A stretch of DNA of 63,972 nt, the filler included, from Choristocarpus tenellus KU-1152 (taxonomy: Eukaryota; Protista; Phaeophyceae), in assembly GCA_964200185.2 (NCBI GenBank). It is 10 parts of 10 records of this genome, joined end to end, with 100 filler letters (N's around TTAATTAATTAA, not from the genome) between each part and the next. Parts side by side here need not be neighbours in the genome. Positions count along the whole stretch, not along the records: positions 37,388 to 42,824 come from CAXNAD020010781.1; positions 42,925 to 47,267 come from CAXNAD020015014.1; positions 47,368 to 50,714 come from CAXNAD020020648.1; 7 more parts are not named here. One strand, 5' to 3'. The position numbers and the translations under genes were made by a program. The notes under the pieces were generated by a model, which made no database searches, was not told the DNA's origin, and saw only the letters and a program-made list of their open reading frames with translations. Shown in pieces: positions 37,474-49,960 of the stretch. Each line of letters starts with the position of its first letter. Position 1 is the first letter of the stretch.

Positions 37474-40400
37474 CTGTGTGTGTCGGTGATACAGTACCAT
37501 ACCATCTGAGCACACAACAACCACGTGACGCCCATCCTGCGTTCCTGTGAGTTCCTTGAGCATACGGCAATGGCGTTTCCCCCGGCTGAGTGGAGAGGTC
37601 CTGCTGTGCATGGGCGAAGCCACCGAGCCTGTGTCTGGCAGCCCTGTATAAAAACCAAGGTGGGGCAATTTAGTCAGGTTTGACCTGAGTAGGTAGGTAG
37701 ATGCAGAATCCATTGATAGCGGCTTCTTTATTCCAAAAAAGATGTACTTACCTGGAAAACACCACAACATCGACATAGGTAACTCACCTGAACTTGGTCT
37801 GGGGTTTGGAACATGAGGGCGTCTAAGCTTTCAAAATCTCTCCCACTAACTGTCTCCTGAATCTTGCCCTCAAGATAAGATACGCCTCCGCACCGCAAAC
37901 CCATGACACCCAAACAATCTGTGCTACTAGCATCAATACATTCATACTCCTAGCACGACAGTACTCTGAAGTTTCCATCATTGTTTTATCGTGTTCACGA
38001 GGGGAATGATGAGGAGCCTATTCCGGATAACGGTCAACGGAGCAAAGGGCAAGCAAATAAATAAATAAATTTCATTCTCACCAATAATAAATAAATAAAT
38101 TTCATTCTCACCAACTTCCATTCGATTCGCCACCGCTGGGGCATCCAGCTTGACCAGACTGAGAGTGGTCGTCCCGCCATAGGCATAGTCACCAAAGACA
38201 ACCCGAGTATCCTGGGGAGGCGAGGCAGGCAGCCCAATGGGATAGACAATAAGGTGAAAGTCTAGCCCTCAATGCCTTTACACAATCACACGACAGCACA
38301 ATGAGGGATCATCCTTTCTTCTATGCATTGCGCCCCTGACCTTGTGCTCTTCCTCCAATCCTGAAACCATGCGGTAAGCTATTATTATTTTGGTTTCTTC
38401 TAGTCAAGTTTCCCAATGCAAAACTCAGTGGAGGTTTCATACACAAGCAAAACACCGCGCCTTTGGTTAAACTCTCATTCGCCAGCACAAACGCTTGTCG
38501 AGAGCCTGTAAGAGCCAAAAATCAGACACCACATGTTAAATCTGCTCTTGCCCAAGATACGGCACCTATGCTCCTTGCTTGAAACAAATTTGTAAGTCTT
38601 CAAATGCAGAGGGTTTTGAAAGATCTCAACTCTTACTGGTTCCAACCGACTAACTACCAATGCTCTCCTCTCCCTGCACCTTGGAGTTGCTGACATCCCT
38701 GAAGGGTGGCTTCACAGTGGATTCTGGGTCACTCAAGTCCCACACCCGGATGTTAGAATCCGTTGACTACAAGTTGTTTCAAGGCAGACAGGATGAGGTC
38801 GGGCGTAATTTAAAAAAAAGAAGAAAACAGCAAACATGCTGATGGGACAAGGGTGTTGAGGGGGGGCATGTTAGGGTATGCTAAGCAAAAGAGTGAAAGG
38901 CCCAATCACAGAACTTTCCTGGCAGCTCCTGAAACTTGGCAACTAGAATACATGTCACACTAACACTTGACAATGGGAATAAACACTATCCTAGCTTTTT
39001 GGGGAGAGCTGGACATCAGTACTCTGGGAAAACAATGTTCATAAACAAACTGCAACAGGCTAGGAACCATTTCAGACAGTTACTCTCTCAACCCCTCCCT
39101 GTATATGCCAACAGGAAAGTTGAGGACAGTCTCCACCTTGTCGAAAAAAACTGGGACCTTGATGAGACCATGAAAATACTTCACAAGCAAAGTGCGCATG
39201 GGCCAATTGATAGCATGATGCACGAAAGGTGGTATAGCAGCAAGAGGTGAGTGAGTGTACACAAGCTTCAAACATGTCTACTCACCTTAGAAATTCCTTC
39301 CAAGCCCCCATTCCGGAAAGCAACCAGCTCAACCGTGGCACCATTGGTGTGTGTGTCATAAAGGCAGCGCCACTCCCCATGATCCTCTTCTTCTTCTTTC
39401 TCCTTCTCCTTCTCCTCTTCCTCAGATGCATCAGATCCACTTCTACTACGCTGTGTCGCATTTCTCCGTGGGTGGGGGGGCTTGAAGGACCACACATGAA
39501 TGTTCTTGATCCCACGCCCACAGAAGAGGCGGTACTCTCCCTTCTCTGCCACTGTGGGTTTGCGTACTACTGCCACTGCCCCGAATCCTCGGAGCTTGGG
39601 GTCAACATGTCTGTGAGTTCGAACACAGCTCTCTACATCTACAGTGTACGAGGAAGACCGTGCCTCCTGAGGTAGGAGGATAACAAGCATAAAAGCAAGG
39701 TGGGGTAGAGAGACGGAGTGTAGGGGGTGGAGCTTGCTTCAGAGGAGGGCGAGGGAGGTTTCTCGTGATGTTCTGAACACGAGAAGGTGGGGAAACCAGT
39801 TGCGACCAGTCTGGACAATGGTTTATGTGAACTTTCAAAATTAGATCTTCAAAAAAGAGAACTCCATGAGGGTGACAAAATCAAGCTACCCACACTATTG
39901 AAACCAGAACGGTCGAGAACCAACCTTCTCCTCGGAAAGCATATGTTGGACGTTGGCGGGGCTGACAAACTAACAGGAATTGATAGACCCAATTAAAGTA
40001 GGACCTTGAGCAGCCCCTGAACGTCGCGCCTACACGACCATGTAATAAGGATACGAATAAATTATCCTACATATAGGACAGCTGTATTGTATTCAAAAAC
40101 TAGTAATCGTAATCTCTGGACTCACCTTGCGGGATGGCAACGTTGTCCAACGTGGGAGGTCGATGAGGTCAATGGCTTTCATCTCCTGCGAGCCACGAAG
40201 AAGGCCCGCAAAAGCAAAGCGACCATCCTCACTAGTCTCAATGTGGCACTCGACCCTGGTGTTGCTGTACATTCCCTAAAATATAGGTATTCGGCATTGT
40301 AAGAATACATAAGTTGAACAGTATCAGCCCATCGAAGAGTTTGATCACTATGGAGTGCAGTGGCAACATCATACGAGTTGCTGGCACGGCCAGGGGCTCT

Positions 40401-40817
40401 AAAGGTTTTCTCCAAAGTATATGATAGCTGGGATGAAAGTTGGCGACAGAAAAAGTGTAGCGGTAGCACCATTACTGGCAACGGACATGGTGTCTTTAAA
40501 CCTATGGTCATAGGCGAACATCAGAGCATCTTCCATAATTTCCATGCTACGTACATCTTATTCAAGTCTCGAGAAACTATTCTTCTCTTTTGCCTCACCT
40601 TGGCCTTGATCTGGGCGACAGCAGTCCCTTCCATGTCCGCCGCACCAACAGAGTTTAGCGCCAACGAATACACTCGCACAGTACCATCACCAAAGCCAAC
40701 GAGCACATAGCAACCATCTGGCGTCAGGGACAAAGATGACACATAACCTTCCTCAGGGAGCTCGAAGACTCCACGCATGTCCGATTGCTGCGGGTTGGAA
40801 CGCCCCTTTGTACCCAT
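37474..40817 (-). CDS. WD40/beta-propeller-like protein, 3'-partial
   Basis: Spliced exons at about 40817-40599, 40275-40126, 39666-39287, 38766-38680, 38210-38115 and 37643-37474. Motifs: VSSLSLTPDGCYVLVGFGDGTVRVY, GRGIKNIHVW, SKSTDSNIRVWDL. Confidence 0.75.
38056..38114 (+). repeat. 30-bp tandem duplication in a WD40-gene intron
   Basis: AATAAATAAATAAATTTCATTCTCACCAA occurs twice with a 30-bp period. Confidence 0.85.
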
Positions 40818-41166
40818 TCTTGCTCCAACCCTCGACAGGCAGCGCGCCAAAAATTACCACCCCACTCACGCCAACAAGTATGAGAAACAGTTCCTTTTGA
40901 GTCCTTAAACCAGCAAGTAGAAGAATGACAGGGTTAGGTCCTCATTCGCAATCCCTGGCGGGGCCTTCATTCAGGGTTGGGAGGTTGGGGGTTTAACTGA
41001 ACTACTTGTGCACATCAGTTGATCACACACAACAAACACAACACAAACTTCAAAAATAGTGGTTTTTAAAATATTTTGTTTTTTTCTTGGAGGTGGGACA
41101 GATCGAGACCTCCTGTGAACCCCACCCTAGACCCAGGCTTAACTCCTGGGCATTCTTGACTCCAGG

Positions 41167-41936
41167 ATGCCTGGGGCATCAACTCGGCTGCGTCGCATTT
41201 CCCGGGCGGGTAACGCTGCTTCTACTTGCTTATGTTTATCTATCGTACTCCTGAGCGGCGTCCTTGGGTCCAGATATGGGGGCTATGGAGGTGTCAATGA
41301 CAGAGGGTTCCAGGCATCACCTGCTCAAGTGGACCAGGTGTGCCCGCATCAGAGATGCATCGTATCGTAAGCTTTCAATGTTTCGTTCCTCGAAGTTGTG
41401 CAGACTTAGGCTTGGCGTTTGAGCTTTTCATGATTGAAGAATCCCTGATGGGGAAAAAATTGTTAAGCATGATCGCCTGGTTGACTTTAAGAGTGCAGAT
41501 AGTTGCCGCTTTTCCTGGTCTACTTTATATCTGTAGAATAGACATGTGACCTTGCCCATGATTTGAAGTGTGATCTCTCAGCGAGAAAAGCACCAGATGT
41601 GTGTAGGTCTGCCGTGGATGATGCGCTAAATGGATCTCGCCCCTTGTGTTGACATCTACTCAGCATCGTGTGGAGCAGACCGGGCTGCAGCATCAACGAT
41701 CTGGTATTGCTCAATCTTGCACAAGTCCACAGCAGCAACAGCAGCCACCAATCAGTGCCACCACTAGTCAAGAGGAACCCCCACCTCTCCCTCCTGGTTG
41801 GGGCGAGCTTCGAACAGGTGATGGAAGATTGTACTACGTCCACTACGAGAGTGGGACCACGCAATGGGAGAGGCCTTCCCTACCCCTCCAGGCGGGTATT
41901 ACAAATAAAGATGGAGAAGTACCACTGTCGGACCAG
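41167..41936 (+). CDS. WW-domain protein with a hydrophobic signal-peptide-like N-terminus; 3' end unresolved
   Basis: Exon 1 (41167-41337) contains [15 protein letters not shown]. Exon 2 (41664-41936) contains [30 protein letters not shown], a canonical WW domain. The junction is phase 0, GT/AG. Confidence 0.8.
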
Positions 41937-42439
41937 GTGAGATCACATGCTCTATTGGATCGTGTCAACTAGGAAATTGATGCTATGCGGGTCGTACGCA
42001 GTGGGCATACCCGTCATGACACAACCAGCACGACAACAATTGTCGCAGGGAGTCACACCCTATGTCCCAAACCAGCCCTGCAAAGTAAAATTTGAGTAGA
42101 AATTAGGTATGATTTACTGCCGTTTGTGGACGTCGGCGATCGGGAGCTCGTTGCTGCAAGAGAACGGAGCAATAAGCACTGGTTGACTGGTGATTCACTT
42201 TGTGCACCATGAGAAACACTGGGATATGGTGACCCTCAAATATTGTCTAATGCATTGAGGCGGATAGCACTCGTCCATCAGTGGTGCAAGTGTTGTTTCA
42301 TTCTGGGGAAAGTACAATACCTGTCTCTGCTAGGCAACCTGACAACAACAGCATCTGCATGTTGATGTAAGCTCTCCCGCTTAGCACACAGATAAATATC
42401 TTCCCTGACCCTATGAAACCTTGCCAATGAACCTTGGGT

Positions 42440-42824
42440 GAGTAGAGCGGAGCTGGAGCAGGACTAGACGAGACATTGCCTGAAGGGAGCACAGAACCGA
42501 GGGGTTTGGATGAGGCAAGCTACCCTGCTGGCGGTAGTGGCCAGGCCAGGAGTGAGGTGATGGTTTGAACTGGTGTGAAATTGTTGTCTTTCTGCCCATA
42601 CTTGGGTGCTTTCATTACGTTCCTTTTTGGGGCAATGGGGGTCCTGCTTTCCAGTTGATGGTGGGGTTGATACACAATTGGTTATGTAAGGCGATAACCG
42701 TTTCTTTATCTACTTGTACAGTATCGTTAGGGTCAAAGTATCTTGGGGGAGTAGAGCGGAGCTGGAGCAGGACTAGACGAGACATTGCCTGAAGGGAGCA
42801 CAGAACCGAGGGGTTTGGATGAGG
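42440..42824 (+). repeat. 76-bp exact direct repeat (42440-42515 and 42749-42824)
   Basis: GAGTAGAGCGGAGCTGGAGCAGG...GGATGAGG occurs twice. The second copy ends at the contig edge. Confidence 0.9.
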
Positions 42825-43183
42825 NNNNNNNNNNNNNNNNNNNNNNNNNNNNNNNNNNNNNNNNNNNNTTAATTAATTAANNNNNNNNNNNNNNNNNNNN
42901 NNNNNNNNNNNNNNNNNNNNNNNNGGGGGGGTTGGGTTGGGGATATTTGGAGCGATTATCGATTCTGGTGCGTTGTTACACTTACATACTGTCTTAACTA
43001 TGTGTGGGTCAATGCAAAGAGTTAACTGCACTCCATTCCACCACACACACACACATACACACTGCATACTTCAACAGAAAAATATCAGTTATAAAATAAC
43101 TGTCGCCCTCCCCCCCCAGCTGAATATTACATAGCATAAGAGTTGTTCCACTCCGCCACGTATGGTTATTGTTGTGCATTAGT

Positions 43184-46100
43184 TCAGGTCAGTGTGCAGA
43201 CCTGGATGACATCATCCAATGAATACGCCTTCCTGCGAGACTCTGGCAGATCGATGTCCTCCAAGTGACCCTTCTCCATTTCCACGAGAATGTGGTGTAG
43301 CTTGGGGTGCCACCTGGAAGAAAAAAAAGGAAATAATTAAAATATTATGCTCGTGGAGTAGATGCCATAGGGGGCAGGAATACTGGCTAACAGTCTCTAC
43401 AAACATCCCATTACTATCCTGCTCAATTCATTCAACCATTCACAAATCCGTACATACACTTGAGCATACGATGTACCAGGTCAGGGTTGGATTTCATTTT
43501 CATAAAATCAGCAAAATTTCATGGGGGTGAGGATGGTGGTGATTTCAACTCATGGAATAAGAGCATCATACCTCTACCCAGTAGAAAAACAAATAGCATA
43601 GAGAGGGCAGGAAAGAAACACTTGAAAACAACACTTCCTTGGCGTATTGTAACCCCTTTAGACAAGTTCCTCTGCTACCACAATAAATAAAAACTGACCA
43701 TCTGTGATAAGCCTTCCAAGCAAGGTCTCTCATCATAACCCCTACGATGCCCAAGGTCGTGACTGCCCAGTAGTTGGGGTCTCCAAACAGCTTGTTTTGA
43801 ACCTGACATTAAACAACAAAATAAAATAAATTAGAAGATGAACAAAAAACGCTGTAAGCAGTGAGGATGAATATAATAATATTAAAAAACATATTATAAA
43901 TATTTACCTGTTGCAGGACAAGCACATGATTTGCCTTAACACTTCTTCTAGCACTATTTAAAATGCCTCAACATCAAAGAAATCTAGAGGAGAGCCAAGC
44001 CAGCACCATGAAATAAAATCTACGTTTAATTTCTTAAAATATTAAGAACCAAATCAGAGCATACATATTTCTCGTTTCAATCCTCTATTCCTTCACTGTC
44101 ACAAGCCATCAGAGGAAAGTAAAAATGTTTTCACAAAAAACTTATTTTTCTTTACATTTCTTTATAGACAAAATAGTAATATCACTTTTCCAAAATTTCT
44201 TGAAATAGAAAAAAAGAATATGATTTGCCCATTCACATCTTGCTGCCGGTTCTCTTTCCTCCTCCCTCCAATACACGCATCACAATATGTCAAATTGCAT
44301 CGTATCGTATTGTATCATACTCACTGTCAAAAAAACATCAACCACTTCAGAACCTCCCACTCACCCCGAAGAAGTCATAGTCAAAGGATATAAGAAGGGT
44401 GGAGGCATTGATGAACCAGGCCAACCCAAACATGGCCAGAGTAGACCCCACAAGGACGAACAAGTCCACACTGTGCCAGCGCTTAAGAAAAAAAAGAAAG
44501 AGTAAGAGTAAGAGCAAGGCAGGGAGATGAAACACCACAATGAGGAAGAAAACACACCCACAAAAAGAACAATAAACAAGCAAAAAAGGAACCTAAGGAC
44601 GCCCCCCCCCCCCCCCCCCCAAACAAGAACGGAGATCAAAACCAAAATAAAATGTGTTGATATTCGTGTGTGTCTCTTCATGTATCGCATCACAAAAGTA
44701 TGTAATGTGCTGTATGTATGTATGTATCCACCTTCTGCACGAAGATCATCTTAACATTAACAGCCAAGGTAATGGAGTGAAATGCAGACTGTCCAAACGC
44801 CAACACCGAAGGTGTCTCCCCATTGGTGCCATCCCCTCCGCTGAGAAGAAGCATGGTGGGTACCGTGATCCACAACGCCTCCAGAACGCCCTAGACATAT
44901 AAAACCAAACCCATTACACAGCAGCAGTATGGACAAACACACACACACACACACAGATGATCATACAGTGACATCTGCTCTTGACGTTAGAGGCTACTGT
45001 CAACATGTTCCAGCTATTTCAAAATAGTGTACTAAAAATGTATTTCAACATCCTATTGAAAAAGAATAAAAAAACATATTTAAATACAAACACACACAAC
45101 CCCCCCCCCACCTGAGCAATCCATCCCCAAAAGAAGGTCTTGGACAAGAAGTCATCGTCCACTCCAGATCGGTAAAGCCAAGGATACCTAAGGGCAGTAC
45201 TTGGCAGCACATCCATGTCATACACCCCAAAGAATATGATGGGTAGGGCAGTGTACACCACCGACCACAGGGCAGAGTTGATAAAATCTGTGAAGACTTG
45301 ACCGCTTATTCCTTGACATTCACAGTAAATAAAAACAAACATGCACACAGACACACACACACAAGGATGGGAGTGAAAATCCAGGTAGATTTGTTTGGAC
45401 AAAAAAAAAAGAATCAAACACAACACAGTGTTGCTTGCCATGCTTGCGGAAGCCCACTGCACTGTTCTACTTCAACATTTGAATGAGATATATTCCATTG
45501 GTACACATTGTTCACCATTCCAGAAGGCATACAAGAAGAGAGGAACTGCCCAAGCCACCGACTTATAGAACAGGTAGCTCGATGCAAAGCTGAGTCTCCA
45601 ATAATTATACCTGAAACAGACAGGCAGAAACACACACGCAAACATATATAAAGTAGTGATATATACTGTCATAGGTACATATAATGTCAGTGTTAGAGAT
45701 AGGCAGAGAGTGGACTGTTTAGTAATAAAAAAAGAAAAAATATTGTTTTACAAGAATTTTCAGTGTAGGACAACAGTAGTATTAGTCCCAAATCATATCT
45801 TTTTTTTTTTTACTGAGATTGAAGTTAGTTAGAGAACACATTTCCACAGGTAGGGTCTGAGTTGATGACAAACCATACGTACACTTCATACTTCAAGGGT
45901 AACGTTTTGGGAAACAACATGCAATTGATATATTAAGGTTAGAGATGGAGCTGAGAAGTTAGGGTCAGGGACATACTTAAGTGACCGAGAAAGGTATAGC
46001 CTACCCCAACGAAAGACCAGTAACATAAAAGGTATCAACTCAAGGCAGAGGGTCTGTTGCTGAATCACAAAAACATGAAGATGGTTAGGGTTATGCCTGA

Positions 46101-46572
46101 ATCTCGATGCATAACTTTAGCGATAGGGTTTTAAATAAAAAAAACAGTAATTTGAATTACTTCAATATCTACACATGCTATTTCAAAAAAGCTAAGATGG
46201 CATCACTACAATACACGCAAGAAAATCACAATAAGCCTTAGAACCATCATCAGGCTCCTAATAAGAAAAAAACTTTAAATCACTGTGTACTTACAAGTAG
46301 ACACACACACACACACAAATGGCGGGGGTGGGGATGGAAAGGGGGGATATGGCGATACATTTACAAGACATCATTTTTTTTTTCTGTTACCAATAGTACC
46401 ATAATCTAAACACTACACCACCTATACTTCACACACACATAGCAATTAAAAATAAATTAAAAAGGGCATTCGCACCTTCCATGACAGAGGAGCAACTTCT
46501 GCAGGTATTTAAACTGAGCCAATGAATAGTCGCTTGCATTGACAGCCTGGAGCCCTTCCTGCCCGCTGATAC
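43184..46572 (-). CDS. P4-type ATPase (phospholipid flippase), C-terminal part
   Basis: Exons give [33 protein letters not shown]|YNYWR..YLFYKS..FWNG|[31 protein letters not shown], further TM helices and WHPKLHHI. The last exon may end at the donor at 43202. Confidence 0.92.
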
Positions 46573-46805
46573 CTGTATATATATATATTTATCATTTTGA
46601 ATCAATGCCATCGGATGTTCAATCAGTTCCAATCCAATCGGATCCCAAATCGATCGAAAGTCAGGGACTGATATGATATGATATGATATAATATGATAGG
46701 ATACAATATGATAAGATAGGATACCGGTTTCAAGGATCCCTTTCGAACCCTCTGTACACCACACCAATGCCTCAAGAACAGTTACACCCTCATTTGGGAG
46801 GGGAG

Positions 46806-46930
46806 ACCATACCATACCATACCATACCATACCATACCATACCATACCATACCATACCATACCATACCATACCATACCATACCATACCATACCATACCAT
46901 ACCATACCATACCATACCATACCATACCAT
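46806..46930 (+). repeat. (ACCAT)25 microsatellite
   Basis: Perfect pentamer run. It produces the spurious MVWYG/IPYHT ORFs. A degenerate (GATAT)n run lies nearby at ~46669-46720. Confidence 0.98.
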
Positions 46931-48140
46931 AAAACTCATCAAAATAACCATGACATGGATTGTGTGGTTGGTTGATACAGCTCTCAGGATAAAACAAAAC
47001 AAATTATAGCCATCGCCGACTCTCAGGATCCAACCATGGTTAAAAAACACACAACGCACAATACATAAAAAAAACATCCCTTGCAAAACAAAAATAATAA
47101 TCACAAGCACACAAAAAAAAACAAAAAACACAATACTCATACACTCATTCTCACACACACATACACAACTTGCATCAATAAAAAACAAAAAAATACTCAT
47201 CTAGGCTTGAGATTCCCCCCCCCCCCCCCCCCCCCCCACCACACCACCCTCACCCCCCCACCCACACNNNNNNNNNNNNNNNNNNNNNNNNNNNNNNNNN
47301 NNNNNNNNNNNTTAATTAATTAANNNNNNNNNNNNNNNNNNNNNNNNNNNNNNNNNNNNNNNNNNNNCTACCAATTTCTACAACTTGGTTTTTGCCGTCT
47401 CAATAAGACTTGTAAGACTTTTCAAAAGGCTCAACGGTGTTTTTACCTGGGGCTGGGGATCAATCGCCCCCATGAGTCATACCTTGTTCTTACTCAGACC
47501 GGTGCCATTGTTACCACACATAACTTGACTTGGCTGTCCACTAAGGACCCCAGTCTTGCCCCAGTGCGATAGGTTGTCCCTGCTTTGCGACGGGGGGGGG
47601 GTCTCGATGCAGACCCTCGTTCTGAGGACGAGCTCTCCCATCCCAAAGCAGGTGATCCACCATTAGATTTACAATCTGTTTGTTCATCTCGCTCCTCCAC
47701 TGCATCCTGCTCTGACGACTCTTCTTGTAGCGACAGAAGTGAGGACAGGTTTGTAATAGGTGAGAGGCCATCCTTTGGCAACAAAGGAGACAGTTTGACT
47801 AGTGATCCTCCCCTTGGTGAAGGGAGTGTAGGTCAGATTGTCAAGGACCTGGCTGTTGGCCCTCCCCCTGGTGATGGAGAGGAATTTCAGGTCGACATGA
47901 GTCTGTCCAGAGACACTGCCCGAGATGGTGAAGGGAGTGTAGGATGTGTCTCATCCTCGAGTCCGCAGAGCTTGTCTCGGGCAGGTGTTTCCATGGCTAC
48001 CCATATCGCAGCTCACCAGTTGGAAGCTTTTCTTCCCAATCTAGTTCATGAACACTCGCGTCAAGCTAGGTAGGACTAGACACGAAACGTGTGCCAGAGT
48101 TGGAGAGGAGTGCAGATGCTGGGGATGTGATGTCTCTCAT

Positions 48141-48318
48141 GACCCAAAGTATCTTGGGGGGAGGGGCTCTAGATCACGGTGTCCAATTAGACCAAAATCA
48201 GGAAAAGTGCAGTTACATTATCCATCCGATGTATGCAACCAAACCACCCAAAAATCGCCACATGAAAAACTTGTCCCCAAATGGACAGCTGCCACCCCCC
48301 ACACACATACTTTGAGCC
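48141..48318 (+). mobile_element. MITE (178 bp) nested in the copia element
   Basis: Termini GACCCAAAGTAT...ATACTTTGAGCC are imperfect inverted repeats. TCAT flanks both sides (48137-48140 and 48319-48322). Confidence 0.75.
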
Positions 48319-49710
48319 TCATAGCTAGTCTAGACAGAAACCATGCCGCTTATGCCTTGGCTGTACAGCGCACACCTGAGTCTGTGCTTGATGAGTACCC
48401 CCCTGCATGGTCATCTTGTTTCCGAACCAGCCCCCTAATCTTATGCTGAGGCTCAAAAGTCTGAATGCTGGTCAGTATGGGAAGAAGCGATGTATAAGGA
48501 GTTCAATGGTTTGTTGGATACAGGTACCTGCAGTGTTGCAGATGTACCTCTAGGTCGTAAGGCCATTGGTTCCAAGTGGGTGCTCAAGTGGAAGAGTGAC
48601 CCTTTTGGAATGTTTAAAAGGGCTAAGAGGCTAGGCTAGTTGCTCAGGGTTTGCCCAGGAATGTGGTCTTGATTATTTTGAGACCTCTGCCCCCCACTCC
48701 TTCCCCCGAATCAGTTAGGCTGATGGCCAGTATGTCATGTGAGTTGGGGACTTGAGATTGTGGCACCTAGATGTGGAGCAGGCATTTGTTCAATCTGACC
48801 TGGATGAGGAGATGTACATGCGCTTACAACAAGGATGTGGAGATCTCTAATACACCACTATATGCCTTCATAGATCCCTATATGGTTTAAAGCAAGCCTC
48901 TAGAACTTGGAATGCTAAATTAGTTTCCACCCTCAAGTGTAATAGCTTTGAGCAGTGTCTAATTGGCCCGTGTATTTTTAGACTCAGGAGGAATGGAATT
49001 GTTAAGATGATACTTGCCGTTCACGTAGATGATTTGATGGTTTTGGCTTCTAATGATGACTGCAATGACCTTTGTGCCTCCTTGAATATAGAGTTCCCCA
49101 CCAAGAATCTTGGCACATTGTCTCAGTTTTCTGGTTTGCACTTACACAAGAAATTGGAAGCGTGGTACCCTCTCCAGTGCCCAGACTAACTACATTGACA
49201 GCTCGTGTGAACATCTTCCCACACAATCAACCAGTCCCATCCCTGCAACCCCTTCCAGAAAGCTTGGAATTAGGGAGGGGGGCGATATCTCAAAGGATTG
49301 TCCCTTTCAAGAGGCCGTTGGGGGGTTGATGTGGGTCAGCAACATGACCAGGCCAGATGTGGCTAATGCAGTAAGAGCTGTAGCCTGTCATCCGCATGAT
49401 CCGAGCCAAGTACATTGGAGAGCTGTGACACAGATCCCTCAAGTACCTCATAGGGATGCGAGAAATGGCCCTGACCTACCGGAAAGGCACATGATTGGAC
49501 TTGATGACCTATGCTGATACGGATTTTGCCAATGAGACTTTTGACAGACATTCTGTGTCGGGGTGGGGCAGTGATGTGTGGGGGATCAGCTGTTGCTTGG
49601 CTTTCTAGGACCCTACATGTCATGGGACAGTCGACTGCAGGGGCAGAGTACATAGCCATGGGGGACTATGTGAAGGAGTTGTTTCTGCGAAGTGTGTTGG
49701 AGTTTTTACA

Positions 49711-49960
49711 GAGTGAAAGTATCTTAGAGGGTACGAGTTTTGCACTGTTTGTCTATTTGGGGCTTGGCTTCCGATGGGTTTTTTATGACATTTTCCTACT
49801 CCAAATTTTTTCGGATTAGATAAAATGTACACGTTCCGGAACATGGATATTGACACTTCCTAATTAGTAACAAAAACTACTGCCAAAATTACATCAAAAT
49901 GCAACATTGAATTTTGGCCCCCAAATGGACACGACTCCACCCTCTAAGATACTTTGGCTC
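49711..49960 (+). mobile_element. MITE (250 bp) nested in the copia RNase H region
   Basis: TIRs GAGTGAAAGTATCTTAGAGGGT and ACCCTCTAAGATACTTTGGCTC match at 20/22 positions. ACA is duplicated, and removing the insert restores LEFLQPDRTGSCYVVYEDN. Confidence 0.85.

Noticed and set aside
46429-47200. ORFs with MVWYG / IPYHT repeats as a repeat protein
   Set aside because: They are translations of the (ACCAT)25 microsatellite upstream of the first visible P4-ATPase exon.
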